Shown here: piece after piece, positions 38,001-50,552 of the stretch
Position numbering within the stretch: position 1 is the first letter of the stretch
Layout of the letters: each line of letters starts with the position of its first letter
Assembly: GCA_965287045.1 (NCBI GenBank)
Contig: OZ336871.1
Coordinates: 19,530,001 to 19,594,000 of the forward strand
Source of the DNA: Carcharhinus amblyrhynchos
Taxonomy: Eukaryota
Length of the DNA stretch: 64,000 bases
Reading direction: 5' to 3'
Notes under the pieces: model-generated
What the model saw: the letters and a program-made list of their open reading frames with translations, nothing else
What the model was told of the DNA's origin: nothing
Database searches by the model: none
Program-made: the position numbers and the translations under genes

Positions 38001-40509
38001 GTTATGGGAGACGATGGCCTGATTTGAAATCACACCAGTGACAGACTGGGCGAAGAACACAGCACGTATGCAATTGGCAAAGGCAGGATTCATGGTCTTG
38101 TGTGAGGCACAGAAGGAGCAAGAACATTTTTCTTTATTTGCCCTTGTGACACCATGCATGGTTAGTTGCCCTGCAGTCATTAGGATTTGAGGACTGGAGT
38201 CACAGATCATAGAATTATTACAGCACAGAAGGCTGCCATTTGATCTATTGTGCCTTGGCTAGATTGGCTGGAGGCAAGTCTGGCCTGAGTAACATCAAAT
38301 TGGCACAACACATCTTTCCAGGTCAGTACCAGACTGACTGAACACCACTGCCCATCTTGGTGTGATGAGATTTGAGTTCATGGGGTGGTATTTAATGGAG
38401 GCAACAGGGGTCTCTCACCCACCAGCTGAAGAGCAAGGAAGTGTCTCACGTTGACTCCTTTCAGGAGCACCTGCTGAAACATCCTTCAGGGAAGGAAATC
38501 TGCCATCCTTAACTTGGTCTGGCCCACTTGTGGCACCAGAGCCACTGCAATGCGATTTGTGTCTCAACTGCTCTCCGATATGGCCTAGCAAGCTGCTCAG
38601 TTGAATCAATCGCTCAGAAAGGCAGCTCACCACCATTTTCTCGAGGGCAATCTGGGACGGGCAACAAATGCTGGCCAACCATGAACATCCATGTCCACAA
38701 ATGAGTAAAATCAAAGTGCCAATCAGACACTTAACTGGACAGAGGTGGGCCTTCCCTAGGAAATTGCACCCAGAGTTACTAGTTGATCAGAGGCCAGTAG
38801 CTCTAGCGAATGGCAGTGCCACTGGAGAGATAGTGGCTACTACTGGTACAACACCCACCAAGATCAAATGCTCTCCTCAGGAACATTGGAATGGGCACTC
38901 GGCTGTTCTGAATCTGCTCTGCCACTAACTCATTCCCACGCCATCCCCATACCCCTCAATGTCATTAATATCCAGTAATCTATCAACTTCTGTCTTGAAC
39001 AAGCTCAAAGACTGGGTTTTCATAGCCCTCCGGTAGAGGATTCCAAAGATTCACCACATTCTGAATGAAGAAATTCCTCCTTGTCTCAGTCCTAAATGGC
39101 TCTGTCCTTTATTTCAGAGGTTGGGTCCTCTGGTTCCAGACTCCCCAGCCAGGGAAGCCACCTACAGCTACCCTGTAAGTTTCAATGGGATCACCACTCA
39201 TTCTTTGAAATGCCACAGAATACAGACCCAGTTTGCCCGCTCTCTAATCACCAAAACAGGAGCCTAACTATTGTGCTAGTTGTTCACTAAAGTTTCCGCT
39301 GTTGCTATACTTTAGGAATCAATTATCATCTGATTAATGCTATTAACAAAAAGGTCAAAATTACAATTTCTTTTTCTTTGAACCCAGGATTCAGATGCTC
39401 TCATTCATAACCAGGCAAAATCTGTTCTGTGAAGCACTGGAAAAATGTCAGATTAGATTGTACAAACATGCCATTCTGCTGTAGTAACCTTCACACTCTA
39501 CACTGCCCCTGCAGTCCTTAACACTACTGTCCTTAACATTGACAAAAATAAGATACGGGTAGGAGGATAGATACAGAGAAGCCATTGCAAAGTAACACCC
39601 TGTTCCTTCTGCAACAAATTAAGAACATACAAAGTTCTATGTTATTTTGCAACTATTAGTTTACTGCCTTGTAACAGCTTAATTTTGTTAAATCGAGGAT
39701 CAATATTGCAGGAACACCAGCACAGTTAGAGCAGAGGGGGCAGGTGAGGTAATTTGAACCAGTGTGATACAGGCAATAGCAAAAGCTTACGTTTTTACAA
39801 GTCTCGTACACTGTAGGAGAGAAACATAGACTGGGGAAAGTGAATCAATAAAGTATCAAGCACCGAAGTACTGAGAAAGGGGATTCAAAAGGAAGAACTG
39901 TAACAAGTCTCAATTTCAATACTGAGAGGATGGGGGGAGGGACGGAGGAGGGTAACATTTCACTCAGCATTCTGATCAGATTCAAGACATCCAGACATGT
40001 TTTGGGCTCTGGTTGTGAGATTGTATCATTTAGATATCCACACCTTTTGAGATCCCAAACTGGCTTCCAGGTTATATTGCTGTAGGGTAGAATTTACGTG
40101 TGACTGGAACAGGTTCACTGAACAAAGACGCACTCTCACTTGATCCTTCATTTAAAGGATGCATTGTGTTTGGCTCTCTAATCTCTCCAAACGGTTTAGC
40201 CAAATAATCAAAGCATTCTCAGTTCAAGGAAAGGGAGTTTCCACTCTTCCGATTAAAAGACAGATATATTGGGAAGTGCTGATTTGGATAAGAAAAGAGC
40301 TTCAACAAAAGACAGACAGGCGCAAAGGCGGGGAGCGCAAGGCGCAAAGGCAGGGGCAGGGATAGCGCGAGAGTAGGAAAGTGCAAGAGAGAGGAAAGGG
40401 AAGAGTGAGAAAAGGAAAGGGAGAGAGATCCCAATATAAAAAAGTGATCGAGAAGAATATTTGGAGTTGGCATGATTGGAGAAATGTAGTCATGGGTAAA
40501 AAAGACTAC

Positions 40510-40617
40510 CTCTTCATTGGGTACACCAACAGGATTCATGGCCTGGATATCCAAAGAAGGGCGTGCCGAATTCTTCCTTATAGTAGCGCCACGAGACTCA
40601 TCAGTAATGCTCTGAAT
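40510..40617 (-). CDS. SLC12A7: Probable cassette exon homologous to the KCC2-type regulatory exon (exon 22)
   Basis: ataccccAG|ATT...GAG|GTAGTC; 108 nt, phase 0/0; IQSITDESRGATIRKNSARPSLDIQAMNPVGVPNEE; first 10 aa identical to KCC2 IQSITDESRG at the same gene position. Confidence 0.88.
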
Positions 40618-41216
40618 CTGGGGTATAAGGAGTGATGAGCACATGCAAGCAACCACAATCAAGTTAGTCAGCAGTACTAAGAGCAATTAGTCTAACCAAC
40701 ATAATCAGAATTCACCTCTCCATGGCTGTATCCTCATGACTGCTGCATACCTCGCACACAGTTCTTGACTTTATTTCTTAATGTCTAAGGCTTCCATTGA
40801 AGAATAGAAGCTTCCCCCACAAATGGGAGCAGAAGGATGAGTGCGGGTCTTCTGAAATATTTCTCGATGGCCATTTAGACCCAAGCACCACATGCGCGCC
40901 TGTTCTTAGTTGGCGTGTGAACAGTCAGTGCCGGGTTAACAAAAAAAGCCATCTCAAATCATGATGTTCTGAAAGTAACAGCCCTTCTGGCAACTGCAAA
41001 AACTGTACAAATTAGGGGGTGAGAAACAGAAGGCAGCAGATGGAATTGCAGCTTCACTTCTGTTGTTTGCTTTGCAGAAGGAGTGTCTCTGAATCATTCA
41101 GGAATACAGTTTTCACATCACAATGTACAACCAAGGGAGAATGGACCATTTTAAAAACCTTTTGACATCAGATTGACACTGGAAATCTGCAGTTTATTCA
41201 AATACCAGACTATTTG

Positions 41217-41396
41217 GTAAGAAGTCTCCCAACACCAGGTTGAAGCCCAACAGGTTGGTTTAAAATCATGAGTTTTTGGAGCGCAGCCCCTTCATCATGA
41301 GCGTCTCACCTGATGAATAAACCTGTTGGGCTTTAATCCGGGTGTTGTGAGACTTCTTACTGTGCCCACCCCAGTCCAACGCCGGCATCTCCACTT
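41217..41396. mobile_element. Palindromic mini Penelope-derived insertion (decayed)
   Basis: gtaagaagtctcccaacaccagg...ggtgttgtgagacttcttactgtgcccaccccagtccaacgccggcatctccac; right core truncated after CUGAUGA. Confidence 0.78.
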
Positions 41397-43379
41397 CGGC
41401 TGTTTAGGGCTCGTGTCAATACAAAATGCATCAATGAACTGCTTAATCCATTGCAAACAGACTTCAAGACAGACAGCACCGTAAACAATGGTATTTCAAT
41501 CTGTATTCAGCATTCGTTTGTTGTGAGCAAAAGCCCATCATCATTCATCCCAACATGATATGCAGCCAGGTCTGAGGCGAATATACCAGCCCACACACTT
41601 GTGCACAAAACAACGTCACTATAATTGTAATGTTTAATGGTACTTTTCCTTACATAGCTCCCACATGATCCAGGATTCTGCAGTGAACCGATTCCAATTC
41701 ACTCGGTTTGACCATTCACATTACTTCATACTCACCTGGACTCTGCAGGAGCCGGAGACAACTAGAATCAGGAGCTGCTGCATGTGGGCAGGAGCTGGGG
41801 GACTCTCTCAGCGGGACCAAGATTGAAAGAGAGAGTTGATGAAGGAAGACTGGTCAACAGAAAGACCGGGCTGGCAGGAGAATAGGACAGAGTTGAGACT
41901 GGGTGGCCAATTTGCATACAGTACTTAGAACCAAATCACCATCCCCAAATGTCACCCATTGGGATAAGTTTTCATTGGCGTTAATCCGATGGAATGGATG
42001 ACCTCCCACGCCTGTGCATCACGAGATCTATGCAGGTCAGATGATCTGTTGCCAGATTACCATCCCAGCAGTGGAATGCTTACTCCTTTACACAAGGCAG
42101 TTTTAAGATTGGACCCCACAGATTACACGATTATGGGTTTTAAGGGTAATATGAATTGCATTTGTCACAACCATCAGATCTCTCATACAACGAAGACCAT
42201 TCTGAAAGGAAATCGTTGCTCTAACATAGGAAACGCAGCAGCCAAAAGCAAACTCCCATAAAGGGATATAATAATGCCCAGATAATCTTGTGACACTGAT
42301 TACAGGTTAAATATTGCCAGGACACAGCTATAAATCTTGTTCTTTTTCAAAATATTTATTTATTTATTGGTGCCATAAATAGGCTTATATTAACACTGCA
42401 ATGAAGTTACTGTGAAAATCCCCGAGTCGCCACACTCCGGCACCTGTTCAGGTACACTGAAGGAGAATTTAACATGGCCAATGCATCTAAGCAGCACGTC
42501 TTTCAGACTGTGGGAAGAAACTGGAGCTCTCACAGGCACAAGGAAAACATGCAGACTCCACACGGACAGTGCTCCAAGCGGAGAATCGAACCCAGGTCTC
42601 TAGCCCTGTGAGGCAGCAGTGCTAAGCACTATGCCACCATGCCATCCCAAGTAATGCCATGAAATCTTATACATCCAAGCAGGCAGACGGGGCCTCCATT
42701 TCACGTCTCATCTGAAAGACCGTACCCTTCGGCAGTGACTAGTACAATATTTTCCAGTATATACGTCAGCTATTAACTGCATGATCTATTGGTAATCCTA
42801 ACATATCTAATTGTATTTCTGATCAGCAAATCAAAAAAAATGCACAAAAAAGTATTCTAGCTTGTAATGTCATCCTGCACATGCTCATGGAGTGCGTGTG
42901 TGAACCTTCATCTGCATTTGTTGGTAAAATGAGAAGAAAAAAGAGATAACGTGTGAGGATTTGTTTAAGTAATTGGAGCTGCTTTATTTCCTTGGTTACT
43001 GAAGGGTGGTAGACGTTTGTTAAAAACTTAAACGATGCATATAAAATGTAATTACCACAATCAGGTACAATTACACAATTGGCAAATTTGTGCCTTGTAG
43101 CAATGCAGTCATTTGCACTTTGTGGGATTGTGAAAAGTTTCAATAAAACACTTGCGTCAATTATAGAATATGTCAGAAAACGAGGCTGGAAGTGAATGAG
43201 GAAGTCAGTGATACGTGGGAGCGATTTCTAATGATCCCATGAGAATGAGAGTGCAAGTCTTATATCGTAGCTCCAGTTGTCATTGCCTCGTCTCCAGCCC
43301 AATAATCAGAAGTTTAAAGAAATAACTTTGGGATTGACGACAGTGGCCCAGTCGGATGCAAGGTACAGATCCATTTCAC

Positions 43380-43695
43380 AAATCATAGAATCCTACAGTG
43401 CAGAAGGAGGCCATTCAGCCCATCGAGTGTGCATCAGCCACAATCCCACCCAGACCATATCCCCACAACCCCATGCATTTACCTTAACGAGCTCCCCCTG
43501 ACACCATGAGACAATTTAGCATGGCCAATCACCTAACTCGCACATCTCTGGTCTGTGGGAGGAAACCAGAGCACCCGGAGGAAACCCACGCAGACACATG
43601 GATAAAGTGCAAACTCTGCACAGAGAGTGACCCAAGCCAGGAATCAAACCCGGATCCCTGGCGCTGTGAGGCAGCAGTGCTAACCACTGTGCCAA
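43380..43695 (-). mobile_element. HE1-like V-SINE, tail A
   Basis: Head, V-domain and CR1-like tail. Confidence 0.85.
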
Positions 43696-44534
43696 CAACC
43701 AATATTTGACCAGCATTTAAATCGGTCTGTGGGAGTGAATGACTGATCCTGCAACTGGTAGGTTTTTGTTTTTATTCTGTAATAACTGGGCTGTTTTTAA
43801 TCATTTCCACCACCTCTCCCATGGCATCAGGCCACCCGACGCAGTCAGCCACGAGGAGCTGACCTATACCTGGAGGACTCGCACTTGACGGAATTTTAAC
43901 CTGCACATGCTCATTTATTCATTCCAGTGTAGGGCCAGCCAGGTTTACCAAGGAATTTTATTTATAATTAAATGGTTTGTAACTAAATTAACCTGCAACT
44001 TCTTCAGAATGGACCAGCAGCTAACTGAGTGCCCAATCATGAATCCATGATTTAGAGCGTATTATCCCAACTTCGCCAAAAATATTGGCCTCACAACATC
44101 AAACCATTGTTCAATTGGCTCCCAGCAATTATTTGTGTTTATTCATACATTATCACACATCTGCTATTGGCAGAAACTGTTTGGAATCAGTCAACACAGC
44201 CTTGGCTTTATTTCAACCATAACCCAGTGGAATTGCTTTCCAGAATCCTTACCTTTTACCGTAACGTGTTCAATATTATTTTCTGCCTTGATGCAGCATG
44301 ACTAACATTTAAACATATCTATGTATCATTGAGTAAAAGTAGGAACTGTGCAAAACATTATGATATTGACACACAAAAAACAAACATGTTGTGAACCTGC
44401 AAAAAAAAAACTGTTTCGCGTGAACTTTAATATTTCAGCAAAACAAACATGACCGGGCATGAGAGAACTCTTTGCAAGTAGAATGGTGTACATTTCTTTG
44501 GTGGTAGTGAGATTTGCAGGCAAAACACGCTTAC

Positions 44535-44642
44535 CTCTCGCTCCCTTTCGTTTTTGGAGAGTTGCATCTGTTTCAGCATCTGTGATCTCTGCTCCATCAC
44601 CAAGGTTCGCTCGTATGTGAAGGCTGAAATATCATTGTCCAA
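44535..44642 (-). CDS. SLC12A7: KCC4 coding exon with first WNK/SPAK-regulated threonine (YERT)
   Basis: actcccAG|TTG...GAG|GTAAGC; 108 nt; [36 protein letters not shown]; ISAFTYERT and [12 protein letters not shown] match KCC4. Confidence 0.95.
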
Positions 44643-47126
44643 CTGGGAGTTGAAACAAAAAGAGGGACAAAGCCCCAAGAAGTCATTAATAAATACCTGA
44701 CATGCTGGCCTTTGTTCAGGAGCTTAAATTTACCAGTGATACATGAAATGATGAGGTTTGTTACATAACCTAAGCTTCTTCTTTGAGTTCAGCAGTTTCA
44801 AAGAACATTAAAATGATAATGAGATTTAATAGGTTAGAGAAAGAAAACCTGTTTATTAATTAGCGTCAAAAGTAGGCTTACATTAACACTGCAATGCACT
44901 TACTGTGAAAGATAGAAACTAGAAGCTGCAGTAGACCATCAAGCTTGCTCCACTATTCATTTTGATCATCACTGATCATCAAATTCAAAATCCTAATCCC
45001 CCATTCCCCCCATATCACTTGATTCCTTTAGCCTCAAGAGCTATATCTAATTTTTTTCCCTCGAAATCAGACAATGTTTTGGCCTCAACTACATTCTGTG
45101 ATAGTGAACTCCACACATTTACCACTTCTCATGGCTAATTCATGCCTCATACCATCATTATTACCTTTACTGAGATTCAGGACTCTGGTCTCACAATCAA
45201 CTACATTACTTTCCACCGTGGCAAAGAATTCCACTATATTATGGTCATTCATCCCCAAAGGTTCTCAACTAAATTGCCAACTAATCCTCTCGTATTGCAC
45301 AACACCCAGTCCATGACGGCCTGTTCCCTTGTTGGTTCCTCAGATTATTGCTCCAGAAAACCATCCCACGTACACTCCAGAAATTCCTCCTCGATTGTAC
45401 AGTGACTAATTTGTCTCTACCAATCTATATGCAGATTAAAGCTGCCCACAATCACAGATGTTCCTTTTACAGAGGCATCTCTGATTTTCTGTCTAATGCT
45501 TCCCCAACAATATCACTACAGTTTGGTGGTCTGTATGCCATCCCCACCAATGTTTTTTGCCCCTAGAAAATTCCCTAGTTGCCACATTCCGGCGTCTGTT
45601 CAGGTACACTGATGGAGAATTTAGCTTGGCCAATACACCTAACCAGCACGTCTTTTGGATTGTGGGAGGAAACCGGAGCAATTGGAGGAAACCCATGCAG
45701 ACACGAGGAGAATGTGCATACTCCACACAGACAAACAGTGACCCAAACCGGGAATCGAACCTTGATCCTTGCCACTGTGAGGCAGCAGTGCGAATCACTG
45801 TGCTACTGTGCTGCCCATTCCTTCTGGTGGGAGACTTCAGAGCAAGGGAACAAAGCCTAAAAATTAAAGCTTAGCCTTTCAAGGGGTAATTTCAGAAAGC
45901 ACAACATTTAATTAAGCATTTAGATGAGTGAAAGTCTACACATGACAGAAAATAGGATTAGAATAGATAAGTGCTTGATGGCTGGACAGATACAATTGGC
46001 CAAAACACCTCATGATGGGCTGTAAAAATTCCAAGATAATGACATTTATCACGAAGTTTAGTGACAATCCGGAACTTTCTCCCAAACAGATGTAGATGTC
46101 GTGGCAATTGAAAATTTCAAGTAGATTTTGTTACATGAAAGTATCTAGGGCTCTCAGGCAAAGGTACATAAATGAAATTGAGGCACAGCTCAACCCTGAT
46201 CTAATGGAATGGTGGCACAGGCTCAAGGGACAGAATAGCCTACTGCTACCCTGGTGTAAAGGCTGCACTTCCAACATCCTTCAATGATCAGCATCCTGCA
46301 CTGCAAAGGGCAGGACAAAGTTTCACCTGAAATTATGTCAGGTAATTTTTCAGGCATCCCGAGCAAGCACCTGAAACAGGAAGCGCAAACGAAGGGCACT
46401 CCAAAACCTCATTTTAAGCCACCTCAAAGCTGGCTGAGCATCAGTCAGTGGGGGAGCGATGGAGAATGCTTCATTTAAAAACTTTGATCTATTGGTTGGA
46501 TGTGAGCTGTCTGGGACAGGAAGCGGAAGATCACCCAGAGGCTCAAATTGGAGTCAGCCTGAGGGATCCCAGCTCGGAGATGCTAAGTGCCCACAACTAT
46601 CCCTTTGGGCTCAAGATTAGGTAGATTGGCCATGGTAAATTGCCCCTTAGCTTCCCAAGATTTGTAGGTTAGGGGGAATAGCAGGGTAAAAATGTGGGTT
46701 TATGGAAATAGGGCTTGCGTAAGATGCTCTGTCAGATCCAGCCCTAATGGGCTGAATGGCCTCCTTCTTCACTGTAGGAATTCTACGATTGCAGCCAGAA
46801 AATTTCTACCCTACCATTGGATAGCGCCCCAATAAATGTAGACTGATACTTCAAGATTCATTATCACCCAATATAGTCGTACAAATAAAACGAATACAGG
46901 ATGGGTAGGTCTCCATAGACCAGAACTGTTATCAAGTTCACTGAATATCCCCAACTCAATTTGGCTGGCATCGTAAAACAAATGGAAGGGGTAAATCTTA
47001 AGAATGTAGGATCATGAACATGCCCCCAAACCTAGTCTTTCATTCAATTAGATCACAGAAACTAATGACTGCTCCCGCAGCTGGTAGGCTTTTGTTCCCT
47101 TTCTGTAATGGCCAGGCTGTTCTTAC

Positions 47127-47258
47127 CATTTCCACCACCTCAACCTCGGCATCGAGACGGAGCTGGTACAGGAACAGCTGCAAATCCTTCTTCATCTGGA
47201 TACTGTTGTCATCTATCTGGGCGACGGTGAAGATGCGCATCTTGCACTTCCTCCAAAC
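47127..47258 (-). CDS. SLC12A7: KCC4 coding exon
   Basis: gttgcAG|GTT...ATG|GTAAGA; 132 nt; [44 protein letters not shown]. Confidence 0.95.
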
Positions 47259-48039
47259 CTGCAACACATTCACTTATCAGTCACCATTATTATAACAGCA
47301 ACTGCATTTACATAGCATCTTTAACCTAGTCACATTTTGCAAGTTATTTATTTTTATTTATTATTGTCACAAGTAGGCTAACACTAACTCTGCAATGAAG
47401 TTATTGTGAAAATCCCAGCGTTGCCTGGCACCTGTTCGGGTACACTGAGGGAGAATTTAGCATGGCCAATGCAACTAACCTGCATGTCTTTTGGACTGTG
47501 GGAGGAAACCCACACAGACATAGTGAGGAGCTTCAGACTCCGTACAGACAGTGACTTAAGCCGGGAATCGAACCAGGTCCCTGGCGCTGTGAGGCAGCAC
47601 TGCTTGGAGCTGCTGAAAGTGGTTGGTCATGGAGGGGTGAAAGCAATTTGGAATGCACAAAGGTGCCAGAACTGGGAGGAATTCAACATCTCACAGGGCT
47701 GAAAGAATTTACAGTAATTGTAAAGGGCTAGGCTAATGCAGGGTTTTGAAAGGAACAAGAACAATTTAAATTCCAGAAATTGTCAGAGCAAAGCTAACGT
47801 AAACCAGCAAACACAGGACTGATGGTTATATGGTATTTGCTGTGACATAGATTGCAGACAGGGTTTGGAGGGGTTTGGAGGAGTTTAAGTTTACAAAGGG
47901 TGAAAATGAGTGACTGGCATTGGTCAAACCTAGAGATATCAAAGGCATGGATGACAAGGCTGCATTTGTAACACTGGAAGCAAGCAGTTAGACTACCATT
48001 CATTATGACTGAATCTGTTGAAAGGTGTAGAAAGGTTAC

Positions 48040-48209
48040 CTTGTGCTGACTGAGGAGGAATGGCAGTAACATCAGTAATCCCCCATCGTGGACAATCCAC
48101 CAGATATCGATGGTGCCCCCAGCGAACCTCTCCTGGTTTGTCGGGAAGGAATCTATGTTCTTGGTCACCAGCAGCGCTTGGTGAGCAGTTGTCGTTTCAC
48201 GTACCATGT
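48040..48209 (-). CDS. SLC12A7: KCC4 coding exon
   Basis: cattacAG|AC...AAG|GTAACC; 170 nt; [56 protein letters not shown]. Confidence 0.95.
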
Positions 48210-48499
48210 CTGTAATGAGACAGAATCCGTACATTAACTACAGCGGGAGATGGTGATGCAGTGGTAACATTACTAGACCAGTAACTCAGCAGCCCAGGCC
48301 AATACGGACTTGAATCCCACCACTGCAGGTGGTACAATTTGAGTTCAATTAATAAATTGGGAATCAAAACCTAATCCCAGTAATGATGCGCATGAAGCTA
48401 TCATTGAATGTTGTAAAAAAAACACTATTGGTTCACATTGTCATTTAGGGAAAGAAATCTGTGACTCCAGACCCACAACAATTTGGGTTGACTCTGATC

Positions 48500-48820
48500 A
48501 GCATGGTGGCACAGTGGTTAGCACTGCTGTCTCACAGTGCCAGGGACCCGGGCTCAATTCCCGGCTTGGGTCACTGTCCATGTGGAGCTTGCACATTCTC
48601 CCCGTGTCTGAGTGTGTTTCCTCCAGATGCTCCGGTTTCTTCCCACAGTCCAAAAGAGTGCAGGTTCGGTGGTATGGCCATGCTAAACTGACCCTTAGTG
48701 TTAGGGGGACTAGCTAGGGTAAATGCATGAGGTTATGGGGATAGGGCTTGGGTGGGATTGTGATTGGTGTAGGCTCGGTGGGCCAAATGGCCACCTTCTG
48801 CACTTTAGGGTTCTATGATC
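48500..48820 (+). mobile_element. HE1-like V-SINE, tail A
   Basis: Head, V-domain and CR1-like tail; similar copies at ~15023-15330(-), 15676-15985(+), 17170-17510(-), 18615-18905(+), 22110-22425(-), 26420-26740(-), 29780-30095(+), 50805-51120(+), 53305-53645(-), 56368-56670(+), 57548-57862(+), 58635-58920(+), 62950-63205(-). Confidence 0.85.
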
Positions 48821-50229
48821 CTGCAGCCCAAGGGCGATTAGGGATGGGCAACAACTGTTGGCTTTGCCTATACTGTCCACATAAAGAAGTAGCTTGCAAT
48901 GTGGCTTTCCTATTCTCAAAGGAAGAGTCAGTTTATTTTGAGCAAATATGAGGTCCACTGAAACATACTGCTTCCCGATTCCATCGTCCCACTCCTCAAC
49001 TCCATGAACAGATCAGCAGAACATGGTAGTTGGTCACCCAGGCCAAGTTAAATCCCCAGACCCAGCTGAAGAGAAAAGAAAGTCATCAATTTAATTTAAC
49101 ATTTAGAAGTGAATTTAAATTTAATTATTAGTGTCATAAGTGGGCTTACATTGACACTGCAATGAGGTTACTCTGAAAGTCCCCTAATTGCCACACTCCG
49201 GTGCCTATTCGGGTACACTGAAGGAGAATTTAGCATGGCCAATGCAACTAACCAGCACGCCTTTCGAACTGTGGGAGGAAACCAGAGCACCCGGAGGAAA
49301 CCCACACAGACACGAGGAGAACATTCAGACTCCACACGGAACAGTCATCCAAAACCAGGAATCGAATCCAGGTCCCTGGCGCAGTGAGGCAGCACTGCTA
49401 ACCACTGTGCCACCTTCATATATAAATGAAATGACACCTAGTTTAGATACTCATTAATAGAATCTGGTCGGTCACAGTTAACGATTCAGGAGCTGAAAGT
49501 GGTTGCCTGAACAGTTGTTACAAGCTGCAGCAAGAATCTAAATTAGCAGTTTTAACCCGGGAATGAGTCATAACTGCTATTTAAGTGAGCAATATTCGCT
49601 GGAGTAGGGAGCACAGTGATGACAGGATTGAGAGCTTCATTAAGAATGCTAGTGTCAGCAATCTGGTTATAAAAGAGTTGATGTGGAGAGATACAGAATT
49701 TTACTGTTCCATCTGCCATGGGAATCGGAGCAGGTGAAGGGCAGACCATGCACACATCCATTGACCTTGGGCAGGATTTTAGAGTTTCTGGACCAGCGAG
49801 GCCATAAAATCCCACCCACTGCTGTTGTTTTTAAACCTCCGGTAGCTGGTGACTGCTCTTTATCTCCAAGTTAGGATGCTGTAATTTATTTTTAAGTTAT
49901 TAATCAAGTAAACTAGGAAAAAAGAACACAAATCAATTCATCAAATTAAGAGGTCAACTAATTAACCAACCATAAATAAAATTAGATAGACATAACAGAG
50001 CAAATGGCATCCCATAACTGCAGTACGTGGAAGCTTGCGGACAGCAATACTACATTAGCAGAGTCTGGCACATATAGGATTAATATGGGACTGAGCGTAA
50101 CACTGCCATACAGTGATGCACACTACCCATACAAGAGCACGTGACCCAAACCCTGGGCCAGTGTGGTATTCACAGTAAGAAGTGTCACAACACCAATTAA
50201 AGTCCAACCAGTTTATCTGATAGTAATCC

Positions 50230-50265
50230 CACAAGCTTTCGGAAACGTTGTTCCTTCGTCAGGTG
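50230..50265 (-). ncRNA. Minimal hammerhead ribozyme motif, sense to SLC12A7 pre-mRNA
   Basis: CAC-CUGACGA-A-GGAA(CAACGU)UUCC-GAAA-GC-UU^GUG. Confidence 0.65.
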
Positions 50266-50276
50266 TGCGGAAGGCT

Positions 50277-50309
50277 CTGATGAAGGAACAGTGCTTCCGA
50301 AAGCTTGTG
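50277..50309 (+). ncRNA. Minimal hammerhead core (helix I impaired)
   Basis: CUGAUGA-A-GGAA(CAGUGC)UUCC-GAAA-GC-UU^GUG; upstream helix I strand does not pair well. Confidence 0.55.
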
Positions 50310-50552
50310 GGATTACAATCAAATAAACTGGTTGGACTTTAACCTGGTGTTGAGAGATTTCTTACTGTGTTTACCTCAGTCCAACGCCAGCATCTCTATA
50401 CCAGTGTGCCATTGTTCAGAGCCATGTGCAGACCTAAATATGGAGATAGTTCCTAATTTGTACCCTTCATCATAAGCAAATAATTTCGGTAGTTAACAAA
50501 AACATAGTTAACCTACGTAAGACTAAGATGACATTTTCGGAACTACCAAAAC

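Larger units (their letters stand above)
50171..50400. mobile_element. Palindromic mini Penelope-derived insertion (inverted pLTR pair plus tail)
   Basis: Arms ~50171-50262 and ~50277-50369; tail ...cagtccaacgccagcatctc; TSD-like CCAGTGTGGTATT (50158-50170) / CCAGTGTGCCATT (50401-50413). Confidence 0.8.

Noticed and set aside
40044-40079. Possible 36-nt in-frame exon QYNLEASLGSQK (minus)
   Set aside because: Poor polypyrimidine tract, weak donor (GTGTGG) and no recognisable homology.
50171-50400. Palindromes as DNA-transposon MITEs or pre-miRNAs
   Set aside because: Arms match the Penelope pLTR at 27430-27520, there is an asymmetric tail, and TSD lengths vary (12-15 bp), which favours a retroelement origin.
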